Source: a virus. Taken from it: a stretch of 64,000 nucleotides of DNA. The stretch lies in the IMG/VR virus record IMGVR_UViG_3300009130_001466, positions 1 through 64,000 of that record. One strand, 5' to 3'. This document shows positions 54,217 through 63,668 of this stretch, in pieces. Below the pieces are notes generated by a model that ran no database searches, was not told where the DNA came from, and was given only the letters and a program-made list of their open reading frames with translations. How positions within the stretch are numbered: position 1 is the first letter of the stretch; every line of letters begins with the position of its first letter. A program made the translations under genes and the position numbers.

Positions 54217-57200
54217 TTATGACTTATATAAATAGTTTAGAGTTCCCCCACTTCTAGACTCTTCTTGTATCACTGTCGTGACTGCCGATCTGATTCTAGA
54301 AGCAAACTCTCTTTGGTTCTCTGAAGAGCCCTGGCCGCCTTCTTGACTAACTTTGCCATCTTGTATATTGAAAGTAAAATCTGAGTTATTTGTTATTTCG
54401 CCTCCGCCAAGTGCATTACTTCCAGCCTCTGAAGCAACAGGAGAAACTGCTCCTCCATTTTGAAATCCTTGCATTGGGAGCATACCTTTATTTAGGCTAG
54501 ACAGAAAGTCGGTTCCATATTTATCTACCGCAGATTTCTTAACTACAAATTCTCCAGGGGTTAGCATAGCTGGTACTGTATCTGTTCCTCTACCAACTGA
54601 TCCGCCAGCATTAAAGAAACTGAATAAACTACCCAAGCCACCACTCAAACCACCGAGAAGGCTGCTAAATATTCCACCAATTCCGCTCCCTATTCCACCT
54701 AGTCCGCCGAGAAGGCTACTAAATATTCCGCCGCCACCTGCGCCACCACCAAATAAACCTACGAGACTGTCTTTTAGTCCACCAAATATTCCACCAAGTT
54801 TATCTTTTAAACCTCCGAATAAATCGCCAAATCCGCTTTTTATTTTACTGAAAAAGCCCTCCTGCCCTTCTCCTTCTTTTCCAGTTATACCCTCTAAAGC
54901 TTTTTCTGCTCCGCTAGTGGCTCCTCCACTTATGGCATTAGCTACATCTTGAACAAATAGTGGATTTGTTGGGCTGCTTCCTAGAGCGCCGCCACCTTTT
55001 TTACCTCCACCAAATAAGTCACCAAAAAACCCGCCAACTTTTGAGAAGAGTCCTCCGCCGCTAGCAGCTGCACCGCTAGCAGCTGCACCGCTAGCAGCTG
55101 CGCCGCCAGAAGCTGCGCCGCCAGCAGCGCCAGAAGCTCCCCCTCCGCCGAAAAGACCACCAATAGATGAAAATATATTTTTTTGACCACCGCCCCCAGC
55201 GCCGCCAAAAACTCCAGTTGGGCCTCCACTAAATAAAGTGTTTGTAAATTGATCTGCGGCTTGTTGTAGAAACGCATCCCTAATGAACCCTAAGAAATTT
55301 CTTCCAGCATCGGATAAAGCCTCATCTAAATCTTTGGCCCCGCTTACAGCATCTTTCATAGCGGAACCCAAATTATCACTAAATTGAAGTGGTATATTTT
55401 CACCAAGCTCATCTTTAAAAAAATCTATATCGTCTTTAACTTGTCCCAATCCTTTGCTAAATCCATCGGCAAATCCTTGCGGTTTATTAAGGTTATTTAT
55501 TTCTTGTTGTAATTTTATTTCTTCTAGCTTGTCGTCCAATACTCTTTGCTGAATTTCTGCCTTAGCTACAGCAAGGTCAAAATCGGTTTTGGCTTTTTTA
55601 GATAGCTCTATACCAGCCTCGGCAAGCCCCTCTTCAATTGAAAGTAAGCTAGCCCCTGCCTTAACCTGGCCCTCTATAAACTCTTTCTGCTTTTCAGAAA
55701 AAACACTGGCATCTGTGATTGATTTTACGTATTCTTCTGTGATTTTGAATTCTTCTTTAGCTCTTTCTATGAGAAATTCCCCCATAGCTATCTCATTTTC
55801 TAGACCCACTTTCCTTACTGTTGTTACAGCTTTAGCTAAATCAAGTTCTTTGCCTCTTATCGCGGATAAAGCTCCTTCTTGAAATATAGTCGCTCCTATT
55901 TCTCCAGGCTTCGTAGGCTCTAACTGCTTTGTTGTGTCAAATCCACCAGCCGCAAATCTTCCTTCGCCTATGCTTTCTTTAAAGCTTTTTTTTGCTGCAG
56001 ATCCAATTACCCCTTTCTCTCCAAAACCAGATGCAGCTATTAATGCTGCATCGGCGGCTTTTTTGGCGGCGGCATCAATCTGCTCAATAGCTTTGATCAT
56101 GTTTTCCGCAAACAAAACTGCATTAAACTCCTTCTCGACTGTAGTTCTTGTTGTCCCACGCCGTGGATTGAAAAATTCCTTCTCAACATCTGTGCTGCTC
56201 GCATCAATGATCTTTTGCAACTCGGTTGTGCTCCCAACTTTTGCCAAAGACGCACTCAATGTTTCTTTATCTTTTACTCCTCCAAAAAATCCTTTATTAA
56301 TTCCTTTTAATCCTTTTACTTGTTTTTCAAGTATATCACCTATATCTGCATCCGCTTCAACATTTAATTTTTTTGCAAGTTCAGCCTTTTCACTTGCTCT
56401 TTTTATCTCCGCAACGAAAGAAGACTTCAAAGCGGCGGAAGCTTCTATTGATCCAGCTGATAACTCTCCCAGATCAATATTTTTAAGTGATTCGTTTAGT
56501 TTTTCGAACCCTGTTTTTGTTTTTGTTAATTCTAGAACAAGCGGAGCCACCACTGCTCCCACAGCTACAGCAGTACCAATTCCAGGCAAAGCTCTACCAA
56601 CTCCAGCTATGCCTCTACCCAGGCCACCCCTAGCTCCCCTCAGTTTGCCCTCTGAACCCCTCATTATTCCACCTGTTCTCGGACTCCGAAAGGTAGCTAA
56701 CTCTGTTCCAAAACTAGACAACTTAGCCCCAACATTTTCAAGCGGCCCTTTCAATAAGCTTAATCCACTTAATAATGATGCGGCTAAACTCACCTCACTG
56801 ATAAACTTCCCAAGACCACTTTCGGCTCCACTAAAAGCAGAGCTTAAGAAAAATAAAGCAGTAGACGCTCCTAGTGCAGCATTCGAAAATTTATCTACAG
56901 ACTCTGTAGCTCCTGCCGTTCCTCTTTTTGCAAAATTAGGTATCCTGCCAGTTGGCTCATCTCTTGTATTAGTGACGGCAAGACCTTGTGGATTTTGAGA
57001 ATTGCGAAGCTTCCCGCTTTGATTTATTCTTATTTGATTGATTGGAAGGCCAGCAGCTTGCTCTCTTGCAACTGCTTCATCCAAAGCTCCACGAGCAAAA
57101 TTTGGGATATAACCTCCAGCACTTCTTCTGTTAAATTCTGCTGTAACGGCTTTTCTACTAGGTCCAGCAACTCTGCTTTTTTGTAGTTCCCCTAAACCAG

Positions 57201-59637
57201 TCTTGGAAACACCCTTGCCTCCAGCGCCAAATTTTTCCATCTTATTGGCCATACTGTTGTATATACGAGTATTACCAGAGATTTTAGCCTCTATAAATCT
57301 AGCCTGGTCAGAGATTCCAGGATATAATTTTGCTATATCGTTTCTGGCCGCACTACCAACAAAATCAAATGTAGCTGTTTGAGATAAATCATATTGCGGG
57401 CTTTTTAATATGGAGCTAATAGCGGCTTCATAAATTACACCAGCCAAAGACGATACAGATCCTCGGTTTCCCAGTTCGTTTATTTTCGTTGCGGCTGGTC
57501 TTCCTCCACTTATTTTTTTAGCTTCTAGATTAGCTAATCCTACACCAAATTTTCCGACAGATTTTACATAATCCTTCGTTTCTCTGCCTTTTATTTGCGC
57601 ATCATTATAGCCCAAAATTGGAAATTGATAACTTTTGCCAGTTTTTGATTTTCCTACAGCGAATTTGCCCAAATTTTTATCTGGAGTAATTAAAGCGAAT
57701 CTACGGTCTTGTATTGGAGCTGCTTGCCTCTTTGCAAAATTAGGAATAAATCCACTAGCCGCATTTATCTTTTTCGCCCCACTTGGAAGGCCCATCGACC
57801 TAACCATGTCTTGGTTAAATATAGCATCTCCGCCTCCAGCATAATTAGGAACAAAATATTCACTAGTGTTTGCGACCATTGTGCCACGTTTGCCGCCACC
57901 AAAAGCAAAATTAGGAATTGAAACAACTTTGGAGCTAGACGGGGCGCCACCAACACCACGAGAAACGTCACGAGCTTCGGCAGCAACATAACCATCAGAT
58001 GCTCTTCCTTTAGGGGTAACCCCTTTTGTCCCGCCACGCAGTCCAGCACCAAAAAGTCCAGGCGTTACAGTTGCAGCGGCTTTTTGAACCCTAGCGAGCG
58101 CGGCGGCTTGTTGGTTATAAATTTTTAGAAGTAATTGTTCTTGAGCTACCTTATTTCCTTCTAGGGCTAAAATCTCTCTTTGGATACTTTCATTTTGCAG
58201 CAGTGTCTGAAGGACGGACTGTTGAAGCGATTTTTGAGCCTCCGCAGCCTTGTTAATACCAAGCAGGCTTTTTAAGGAACTAGCTCCAAACTTTGCCAAG
58301 TCTACAAATAATTTTACAAATATAGCACTAATTAAAGCTAACCCTGGGCCAGTTAAAACGCCACCTATCCCCTTAACTATGCTTTGTGCGAATTTTGAAC
58401 CTATTGAATCTCCCTGCAATAAATCAGTAATCCCACTAACTACAGAAGAAAACACCTTTAAAATATCTTTCGCTGCATCAGTAAAACCCAATTCTCCAAC
58501 AACAGAAGAGAGTTTTTGCGCCCCAACTGTCAAATTATTTATCAATGCTTCTAGCGTATCATTTAATTGGGCGTTTTTTCTATCTAAGGCGCCAGCAGCT
58601 CCAGCGGAAACTTGAAGAGATTTTGCAAACTGACTTTGGCTAGAATTTAAATCTTCGACCAAACTAATTAAAATATCACGCTGGCGAACGCCAGCAACTT
58701 TTTGGATAATCTCTCCAGCCTCAACACTTTTTAAACCAAGCTTGTTGAGCTCTACTGCGAGTTCCTGAAAAAGAGGTATAGCGCTTCTTACATTACCTTC
58801 CACGTCTACAACATTTATTCCCAAGTCTTCAAGCGCGGCTAATGTATCAGTTCTGCCCAATCTAGCAAAAATGGTTTTAAAAGCATTACCAATAACAGCG
58901 CCGCCACGCTGAGTTCTTTCTTGCACGGTTGTAATGACACCTAAAAGCTCATCAAAAGATACGCCAGCTACACGAGCCGATGCGGAAGCTCGTTCAAGAC
59001 CGTTAATCAAATCCTCCGTAGACACAGCGAACTTTGTATCAACTTCGGCTAATTTATCCGCTATTTGAGCTACATTTAAACCAGCGCCTTCAAAACCCTT
59101 TATCGCTGCAGTCAAACCAGCTACAGCTTGTTGAGAATCAATACCAGCGACGCGAACTAATTTCAAAGAAGTTTCAACACGAGAAAGCGACTCTTCTACG
59201 CTTAAACCCTGACGAGCTAACTCTAAAGCGCCATCGGCCACCTGATCAAAAGATGTCGCTGTTTTTTGAGCTACAGCGAAAATACCATTACCAAATTGTT
59301 CTAATTCTTTTTGGGTCCCCCCTAAAATAGTATTAATTTTTGCAAAAGTAGCTTCTACTCTAATAGTGTTTTCTACTAGCGCCCCAAATGCTTGAGAAAG
59401 TTTATTAATAACAGCAACCGAAGCACCAAAAGCTAAAACACGAGCATTAGAAGCTTCTAATGATTTTTGGAATTCAGTGGCTTGCCCTGTTATTTTTCCA
59501 AGCGGGCGAGATAGCTTTTCAATGGATCGTGCCCCGCTTCCAAAATCAACTCCCTTAGCTTGAGTCTGTATTCTAGCTAAAGCCGCCTCAACCTTTCTTG
59601 TATTTGGTTCTAAATTTACTCCTACATTTACCGCCAT
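54217..59637 (-). CDS. Tail tape measure protein
   Basis: 1806 aa Ala/Gly-rich helical; ALELARQGL, DKLAEVD..AVS, RGGAVIGNAFKTIF, TDTVPAMLTPGEFVV; GTGTAA-N8-ATG at 59646-59651. Confidence 0.93.
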   Translation of the reverse strand: MAVNVGVNLEPNTRKVEAALARIQTQAKGVDFGSGARSIEKLSRPLGKITGQATEFQKSLEASNARVLAFGASVAVINKLSQAFGALVENTIRVEATFAKINTILGGTQKELEQFGNGIFAVAQKTATSFDQVADGALELARQGLSVEESLSRVETSLKLVRVAGIDSQQAVAGLTAAIKGFEGAGLNVAQIADKLAEVDTKFAVSTEDLINGLERASASARVAGVSFDELLGVITTVQERTQRGGAVIGNAFKTIFARLGRTDTLAALEDLGINVVDVEGNVRSAIPLFQELAVELNKLGLKSVEAGEIIQKVAGVRQRDILISLVEDLNSSQSQFAKSLQVSAGAAGALDRKNAQLNDTLEALINNLTVGAQKLSSVVGELGFTDAAKDILKVFSSVVSGITDLLQGDSIGSKFAQSIVKGIGGVLTGPGLALISAIFVKLFVDLAKFGASSLKSLLGINKAAEAQKSLQQSVLQTLLQNESIQREILALEGNKVAQEQLLLKIYNQQAAALARVQKAAATVTPGLFGAGLRGGTKGVTPKGRASDGYVAAEARDVSRGVGGAPSSSKVVSIPNFAFGGGKRGTMVANTSEYFVPNYAGGGDAIFNQDMVRSMGLPSGAKKINAASGFIPNFAKRQAAPIQDRRFALITPDKNLGKFAVGKSKTGKSYQFPILGYNDAQIKGRETKDYVKSVGKFGVGLANLEAKKISGGRPAATKINELGNRGSVSSLAGVIYEAAISSILKSPQYDLSQTATFDFVGSAARNDIAKLYPGISDQARFIEAKISGNTRIYNSMANKMEKFGAGGKGVSKTGLGELQKSRVAGPSRKAVTAEFNRRSAGGYIPNFARGALDEAVAREQAAGLPINQIRINQSGKLRNSQNPQGLAVTNTRDEPTGRIPNFAKRGTAGATESVDKFSNAALGASTALFFLSSAFSGAESGLGKFISEVSLAASLLSGLSLLKGPLENVGAKLSSFGTELATFRSPRTGGIMRGSEGKLRGARGGLGRGIAGVGRALPGIGTAVAVGAVVAPLVLELTKTKTGFEKLNESLKNIDLGELSAGSIEASAALKSSFVAEIKRASEKAELAKKLNVEADADIGDILEKQVKGLKGINKGFFGGVKDKETLSASLAKVGSTTELQKIIDASSTDVEKEFFNPRRGTTRTTVEKEFNAVLFAENMIKAIEQIDAAAKKAADAALIAASGFGEKGVIGSAAKKSFKESIGEGRFAAGGFDTTKQLEPTKPGEIGATIFQEGALSAIRGKELDLAKAVTTVRKVGLENEIAMGEFLIERAKEEFKITEEYVKSITDASVFSEKQKEFIEGQVKAGASLLSIEEGLAEAGIELSKKAKTDFDLAVAKAEIQQRVLDDKLEEIKLQQEINNLNKPQGFADGFSKGLGQVKDDIDFFKDELGENIPLQFSDNLGSAMKDAVSGAKDLDEALSDAGRNFLGFIRDAFLQQAADQFTNTLFSGGPTGVFGGAGGGGQKNIFSSIGGLFGGGGASGAAGGAASGGAAASGAAASGAAASGGGLFSKVGGFFGDLFGGGKKGGGALGSSPTNPLFVQDVANAISGGATSGAEKALEGITGKEGEGQEGFFSKIKSGFGDLFGGLKDKLGGIFGGLKDSLVGLFGGGAGGGGIFSSLLGGLGGIGSGIGGIFSSLLGGLSGGLGSLFSFFNAGGSVGRGTDTVPAMLTPGEFVVKKSAVDKYGTDFLSSLNKGMLPMQGFQNGGAVSPVASEAGSNALGGGEITNNSDFTFNIQDGKVSQEGGQGSSENQREFASRIRSAVTTVIQEESRSGGTLNYLYKS
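55058..55117. repeat. 15-bp coding tandem repeat (AAASG)
   Basis: ccgctagcagctgc(a/g) three times plus a degenerate copy. Confidence 0.85.
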
Positions 59638-59651
59638 ACAGAATATTACAC

Positions 59652-60626
59652 TTAAACTCCGTGCAACTTCATCATTTCTTGCATATTCAAAGATCCCCCT
59701 CTTTTCTTAACTTCTTCGCTTAAATTCACAGCCCGCTCATTGTCTGATTTTAAGCTTTCGAGATCCTCCTCATTGGCTCCAAAATAAGCTGAACCACCCT
59801 CCCCGTGCTGGGATTTTGTTTGAGTTCTTTCTGTTTTTTGGTTTTGGTGGAAATTTACCAATAATTCAGGGTCTTTAGCTACGTTTTCAGGTATTTCCTT
59901 GCTTGAGTTTTTAAAAATGTTTAAAAAATACCTCCCATAAGAAATCATCTTTAATTGGTATGCCGTTAAATTGACCAAGGGTTTTCCAAATAACCCCAAA
60001 ACATCTTCAGAAAATGGCAAATACATAGAAAAATAATCGCTCAATACTGCAACCGATATATTTTTATCATCAAATTTTTGAAAAAAATCTTTTTGCAGAC
60101 TGTATATTTCCATTTCTTTGTCTTTTTCATTTATATACAAGCTGTCAAATATTGGATCTTTAAAAGCCTTATCAAAAAATACAATTTTTTCTATGGTAGT
60201 TTTTTGAATTTGATTATTTACAAATTTTTCGCAAGTTAAACCCATTAAAGATTCCTTGTCTGAATTTATTTTGAACAACTTTTTATTCAACCTCTCAATT
60301 GTTTTTTGTAGATTTTTTATCTTTGAAGGCAATATTTGAGCTTTCATTGAATTTGAGTTCAATTCAATTTCATTTTTGTATCGCTTTATTTCTTCTTCTT
60401 CTTCGTGCCCCCACATCCCCTGAGAGTACAGTTCATCCATTGCCTCTTTTTCGGTCATAAGGCCTTTAGATTTTGCTTCCTTTAGAAAAATGGAAGATTT
60501 AGAAAGTATTTCTCTCTGCTCTTCCTGAAGCAGGTGTTTGAAGTACAGAATCCCTAAATCGCTATCTACAATAGAGACACCCTGCAGTACTTCAGATACT
60601 ATTTGTAAATTTTGATCATTGTTCAT
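59652..60626 (-). CDS. Putative tail assembly chaperone (gpT position)
   Basis: Helical protein immediately upstream of the tape measure gene. Confidence 0.55.
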   Translation of the reverse strand: MNNDQNLQIVSEVLQGVSIVDSDLGILYFKHLLQEEQREILSKSSIFLKEAKSKGLMTEKEAMDELYSQGMWGHEEEEEIKRYKNEIELNSNSMKAQILPSKIKNLQKTIERLNKKLFKINSDKESLMGLTCEKFVNNQIQKTTIEKIVFFDKAFKDPIFDSLYINEKDKEMEIYSLQKDFFQKFDDKNISVAVLSDYFSMYLPFSEDVLGLFGKPLVNLTAYQLKMISYGRYFLNIFKNSSKEIPENVAKDPELLVNFHQNQKTERTQTKSQHGEGGSAYFGANEEDLESLKSDNERAVNLSEEVKKRGGSLNMQEMMKLHGV

Positions 60627-61353
60627 CTCCGTCGACGAACTTATCTATATTTTCTTTACTAGAATCTTGGGCATAAAACCAATAGCCAATTATTTTAGAT
60701 AATTTTGCGACAACCTCAAAATCAAACCCTTCTTCAAGTTCGTATTTTGTATAAAAATCTTCTAACTTTTCTTCGTAATCAAAACCATTAAACCAGTCTT
60801 TTAATTCCCCATCTTCGCCTTCAACCTTTGACAAATTAATCACATACCACAACAAAGTCTCTCTTTCAGCTTTTGCGTCGGCAGTATGTTGATAGACGGA
60901 TTGTATAGAACTTTCTAGATTTATCATATCTCTTCTAAGGGTAGAGATTTCAAGCTCTAATTCTTTTTGTCTTTCTTCTTTCTTTTTGTCTTTTGTGGCA
61001 ACTACTAGCTTATATTCGTTTTCTAAGTCGTTTAATTTTTTCAAAGACTTTAAAAGATCTTTTGACTCTTCTTCAGATAAAGCTCCGCCATTGTCTGCAT
61101 ACTTTTTAATAAGCATTGCCTTTGTAACAATACCCATTTTAATTGCTTTACTTAATTCAACGGAATAAAATACTTCGGCTTCATCAGCTAATCGGCGTGT
61201 CGGCTTTTTAACAACAAATTTGACTGGCGTCTTGACAGTTTTATTTTGAATAACTGTTTCTACCTCTCCAGTCTTCTTATTTTTTCTTTCTACCTCGATC
61301 TTTTTCTTCTCAGATTTATTAATCGTGAACTCGTAAATATTTTTCATAGCCAT
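60616..61353 (-). CDS. Putative tail assembly chaperone (gpG position)
   Basis: KFVVKKPTRR then coiled coil; two genes upstream of the tape measure gene. Confidence 0.55.
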   Translation of the reverse strand: MAMKNIYEFTINKSEKKKIEVERKNKKTGEVETVIQNKTVKTPVKFVVKKPTRRLADEAEVFYSVELSKAIKMGIVTKAMLIKKYADNGGALSEEESKDLLKSLKKLNDLENEYKLVVATKDKKKEERQKELELEISTLRRDMINLESSIQSVYQHTADAKAERETLLWYVINLSKVEGEDGELKDWFNGFDYEEKLEDFYTKYELEEGFDFEVVAKLSKIIGYWFYAQDSSKENIDKFVDGDEQ

Positions 61354-61643
61354 TATTTTTTAAAAGTAAATTCTACTGTTAAGTTTTCCAACTCACTATT
61401 ATAATCTCTTAAAACACAATTTCCAATATCTAGAATTTTTTTTCTATATATTTCGTAATGATCTTCATCAAAATAATCAGCCATCTCAATTAAGTCGTGA
61501 TGTTCTTCTGGTAAGTTGTCGTAAAGTTTGCCGAAATTTATTTCATGCACCCTCTGCATCTCTTCTAACGTTTGTAAAAAAGATTTAAATAAATAACGAA
61601 TGTGATGATCAGATCGATCATACAGAAATTCTTTTGCAATCAT
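61353..61643 (-). CDS. Hypothetical protein
   Basis: Start MIAKEF at 61643; GTGTAA upstream at 61668-61673. Confidence 0.7.
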   Translation of the reverse strand: MIAKEFLYDRSDHHIRYLFKSFLQTLEEMQRVHEINFGKLYDNLPEEHHDLIEMADYFDEDHYEIYRKKILDIGNCVLRDYNSELENLTVEFTFKK

Positions 61644-61667
61644 AATAATCCTTATCCCCAATATACG

Positions 61668-61707
61668 TTACACTTTTTTAAGAGGCTGGTTCTATTTTCT
61701 AGTGTAA
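61668..61707. promoter_or_regulatory. Back-to-back divergent GTGTAA motifs
   Basis: ttacac at 61668-61673 (minus) and gtgtaa at 61702-61707 (plus, N8 to ATG 61716) at the strand switch. Confidence 0.65.
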
Positions 61708-61715
61708 TTATACAT

Positions 61716-62174
61716 ATGCCAAGCTCTTTAATTTCGGAATCTCAAAAAAACACAATCAAAACTATCATTGACGATATTCATGAAACCTTCGCTAGAAATA
61801 TTACTGTCTACGAAGAAGGAAGAAAAATATTAATTGCTGCTAGTTCTGAATACAATGGCATTTACGGCAAAACAAGTGGGGGAGAAACCTCTACCACTAA
61901 AACGGTTGTTAGCCATATAATAAAAGCAAGAATCAAATATATAAATTCAAGAGAGGAAAATTTAGCTGGCGCAGGCATAGGCTCCCAATTGGATATAAAT
62001 TTAATTGATGGCTCTGTAAGAATAACCGTAGATGAGGGCGGTTTTGAAATTTTAAAAGAAGCAAAGAGATGCGAATTTGAAGGTCGAAAATATACTATTG
62101 ACAGCAAAGGAAATCCAACTGGTATTTTTGGACCACAATATTATCATTTTTATCTATCGCCAATTGAAGAATAA
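61716..62174 (+). CDS. Putative head-closure/neck protein
   Basis: Start MPSSLIS at 61716; IHETFARNITVY...IKARIKY...FEGRKY; position before tail completion genes. Confidence 0.6.
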   Translation: MPSSLISESQKNTIKTIIDDIHETFARNITVYEEGRKILIAASSEYNGIYGKTSGGETSTTKTVVSHIIKARIKYINSREENLAGAGIGSQLDINLIDGSVRITVDEGGFEILKEAKRCEFEGRKYTIDSKGNPTGIFGPQYYHFYLSPIEE

Positions 62175-62755
62175 TGGCTACTTTAAATTTGCAGTCAGAA
62201 ATAAATAAAAAACTGGCTCCTCAAGTTAGGCCAGAAATCAGAAAATTATTTCAAAGGTCTTTTCAGAAAAAAAAGAATGAAATGATAGCTGAATTTTTAA
62301 ATCACCCAGTGACTATAGAAATAAAAGGAGGTGTTAATTCTACAAACATCAGTGGAACATTAGGCGGAGGAAGCGGGAATTTGTTTTCTTTTATAGGTTT
62401 CGATTCCAACGACGATCCGATAGAGCCTATTTTAAGAATACTTGAACAAATATCATTTGACTACCTAAACACGTCAACAAAAAGGATAAATTACAGAATT
62501 AATCTACCATCGTCAAAAGAAATTTTCGCCGCGACCCCAATGCCGTGGGCTACTGGCCGTAGTTGGGCAAAAGGAATTGAGACTGGAATATCTGGACTTG
62601 GATTTTATTTAAGAAAAGAAACCTCTAACAGTAGATCTGGATTAGGTATTCAGTCCCCAAGAAAAGTTAGAAAAAAATCAAAATTTAAAAATATAAAATA
62701 TATATCTGATTTAATTAAAAGGTATGAAAAAGAATTTTCAAACCTGCAGATATAA
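62174..62755 (+). CDS. Putative neck/tail completion protein
   Basis: HPVTIEI, GNLFSFIGF, PMPWATGRSWAKGIETGISGLG; synteny. Confidence 0.55.
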   Translation: MATLNLQSEINKKLAPQVRPEIRKLFQRSFQKKKNEMIAEFLNHPVTIEIKGGVNSTNISGTLGGGSGNLFSFIGFDSNDDPIEPILRILEQISFDYLNTSTKRINYRINLPSSKEIFAATPMPWATGRSWAKGIETGISGLGFYLRKETSNSRSGLGIQSPRKVRKKSKFKNIKYISDLIKRYEKEFSNLQI

Positions 62756-62770
62756 GTGTAAAATATCCTT

Positions 62771-63619
62771 ATGAAACCACAGTATCAACACGAACTCATG
62801 ACAAGTTTCATGCTTTGGTTCGATCACGAACTCCTTCAGAAAGGAGAGGCTTACTCTAACCAAACAGGCGCTTTTTATTATTCTAACGATACCAGACTGC
62901 CGAATGAGTACAAAGCTTATTCAAGCCCATATAAGCAATGGGTAAGCGATTCTTCAATAAACGGAGACACAAATCCAATAATACCATCATCTCTTATGGG
63001 TAGCGGCAGAAACGATGGAATTATATTTGATTTTGAAAACGGGAGAATCATTGAAACAGGCGGTAATTTTGGAATAAACAGCACTATTACTGGAAGCTTC
63101 GCCGTAAAAGATTTTAATGTTTATTTAACAAACGAAACTGAAGAAGATTTGATTCTAGAAAACAAATTTCAATTAAATAGCAGATACTCAAAAACAGAAA
63201 CTGGAGTTGAGCCATATGATCAAATGGCTCCAGCTATATTTTTAAATTGCGAATATATGAGGAATGAAGGTTTTGCCTTTGGCGGAGAAGAAAAAACAAC
63301 AAATATCGTTAAAGCGGTCGTTTTGGCCGAAAATTCTTATCAACTTGATGGAGCTTTATCTATATTTGCAGATTCCTCTAGGAAGATTATCTCCAAAATA
63401 CCATTTTCCAAACACCCCTCGACCGAGTATGGTGATATTAAAAACGGTTTGTATAATTATGCAAATTTGGCAAATACTTACCTAAACGCAAATCCTTACT
63501 ATATAGAAGATGTGACGGTTTCTAAATTTTCAGAAAAAAACCAAAGTATAATACCTGGAAATTTAAAAATTGGATTTATAGATTTTGAGGTTTCTACAAA
63601 TAGGTTTCCTCGTTCTTGA
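62771..63619 (+). CDS. Putative tail terminator/completion protein
   Basis: PAIFL...GFAFGG...GFIDFEVS; precedes the tube gene; GTGTAA-N9-ATG at 62756-62761. Confidence 0.55.
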   Translation: MKPQYQHELMTSFMLWFDHELLQKGEAYSNQTGAFYYSNDTRLPNEYKAYSSPYKQWVSDSSINGDTNPIIPSSLMGSGRNDGIIFDFENGRIIETGGNFGINSTITGSFAVKDFNVYLTNETEEDLILENKFQLNSRYSKTETGVEPYDQMAPAIFLNCEYMRNEGFAFGGEEKTTNIVKAVVLAENSYQLDGALSIFADSSRKIISKIPFSKHPSTEYGDIKNGLYNYANLANTYLNANPYYIEDVTVSKFSEKNQSIIPGNLKIGFIDFEVSTNRFPRS

Positions 63620-63668
63620 TTTCACATTTCACATTTTAAATTTTTAACTGTAAATATAGACACAAATT

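Noticed and set aside
55934-56998. 354 aa plus-strand ORF and the many other short antisense or nested ORFs in the track
   Set aside because: Antisense shadows of real genes (here the Ala/Gly-rich tape measure); no motifs or start signals
60600-60680. Lambda G/GT-type programmed frameshift between the two chaperone genes
   Set aside because: No clear X XXY YYZ slippery heptamer near the overlap, and the downstream ORF has its own ATG
61602-61715. Longest-ORF starts at 61602, 51038, 41500, 22526, 21855, 30712 and 10599
   Set aside because: Downstream ATGs fit the promoter motifs or stop/start overlaps better, and the extensions overlap other genes or promoters
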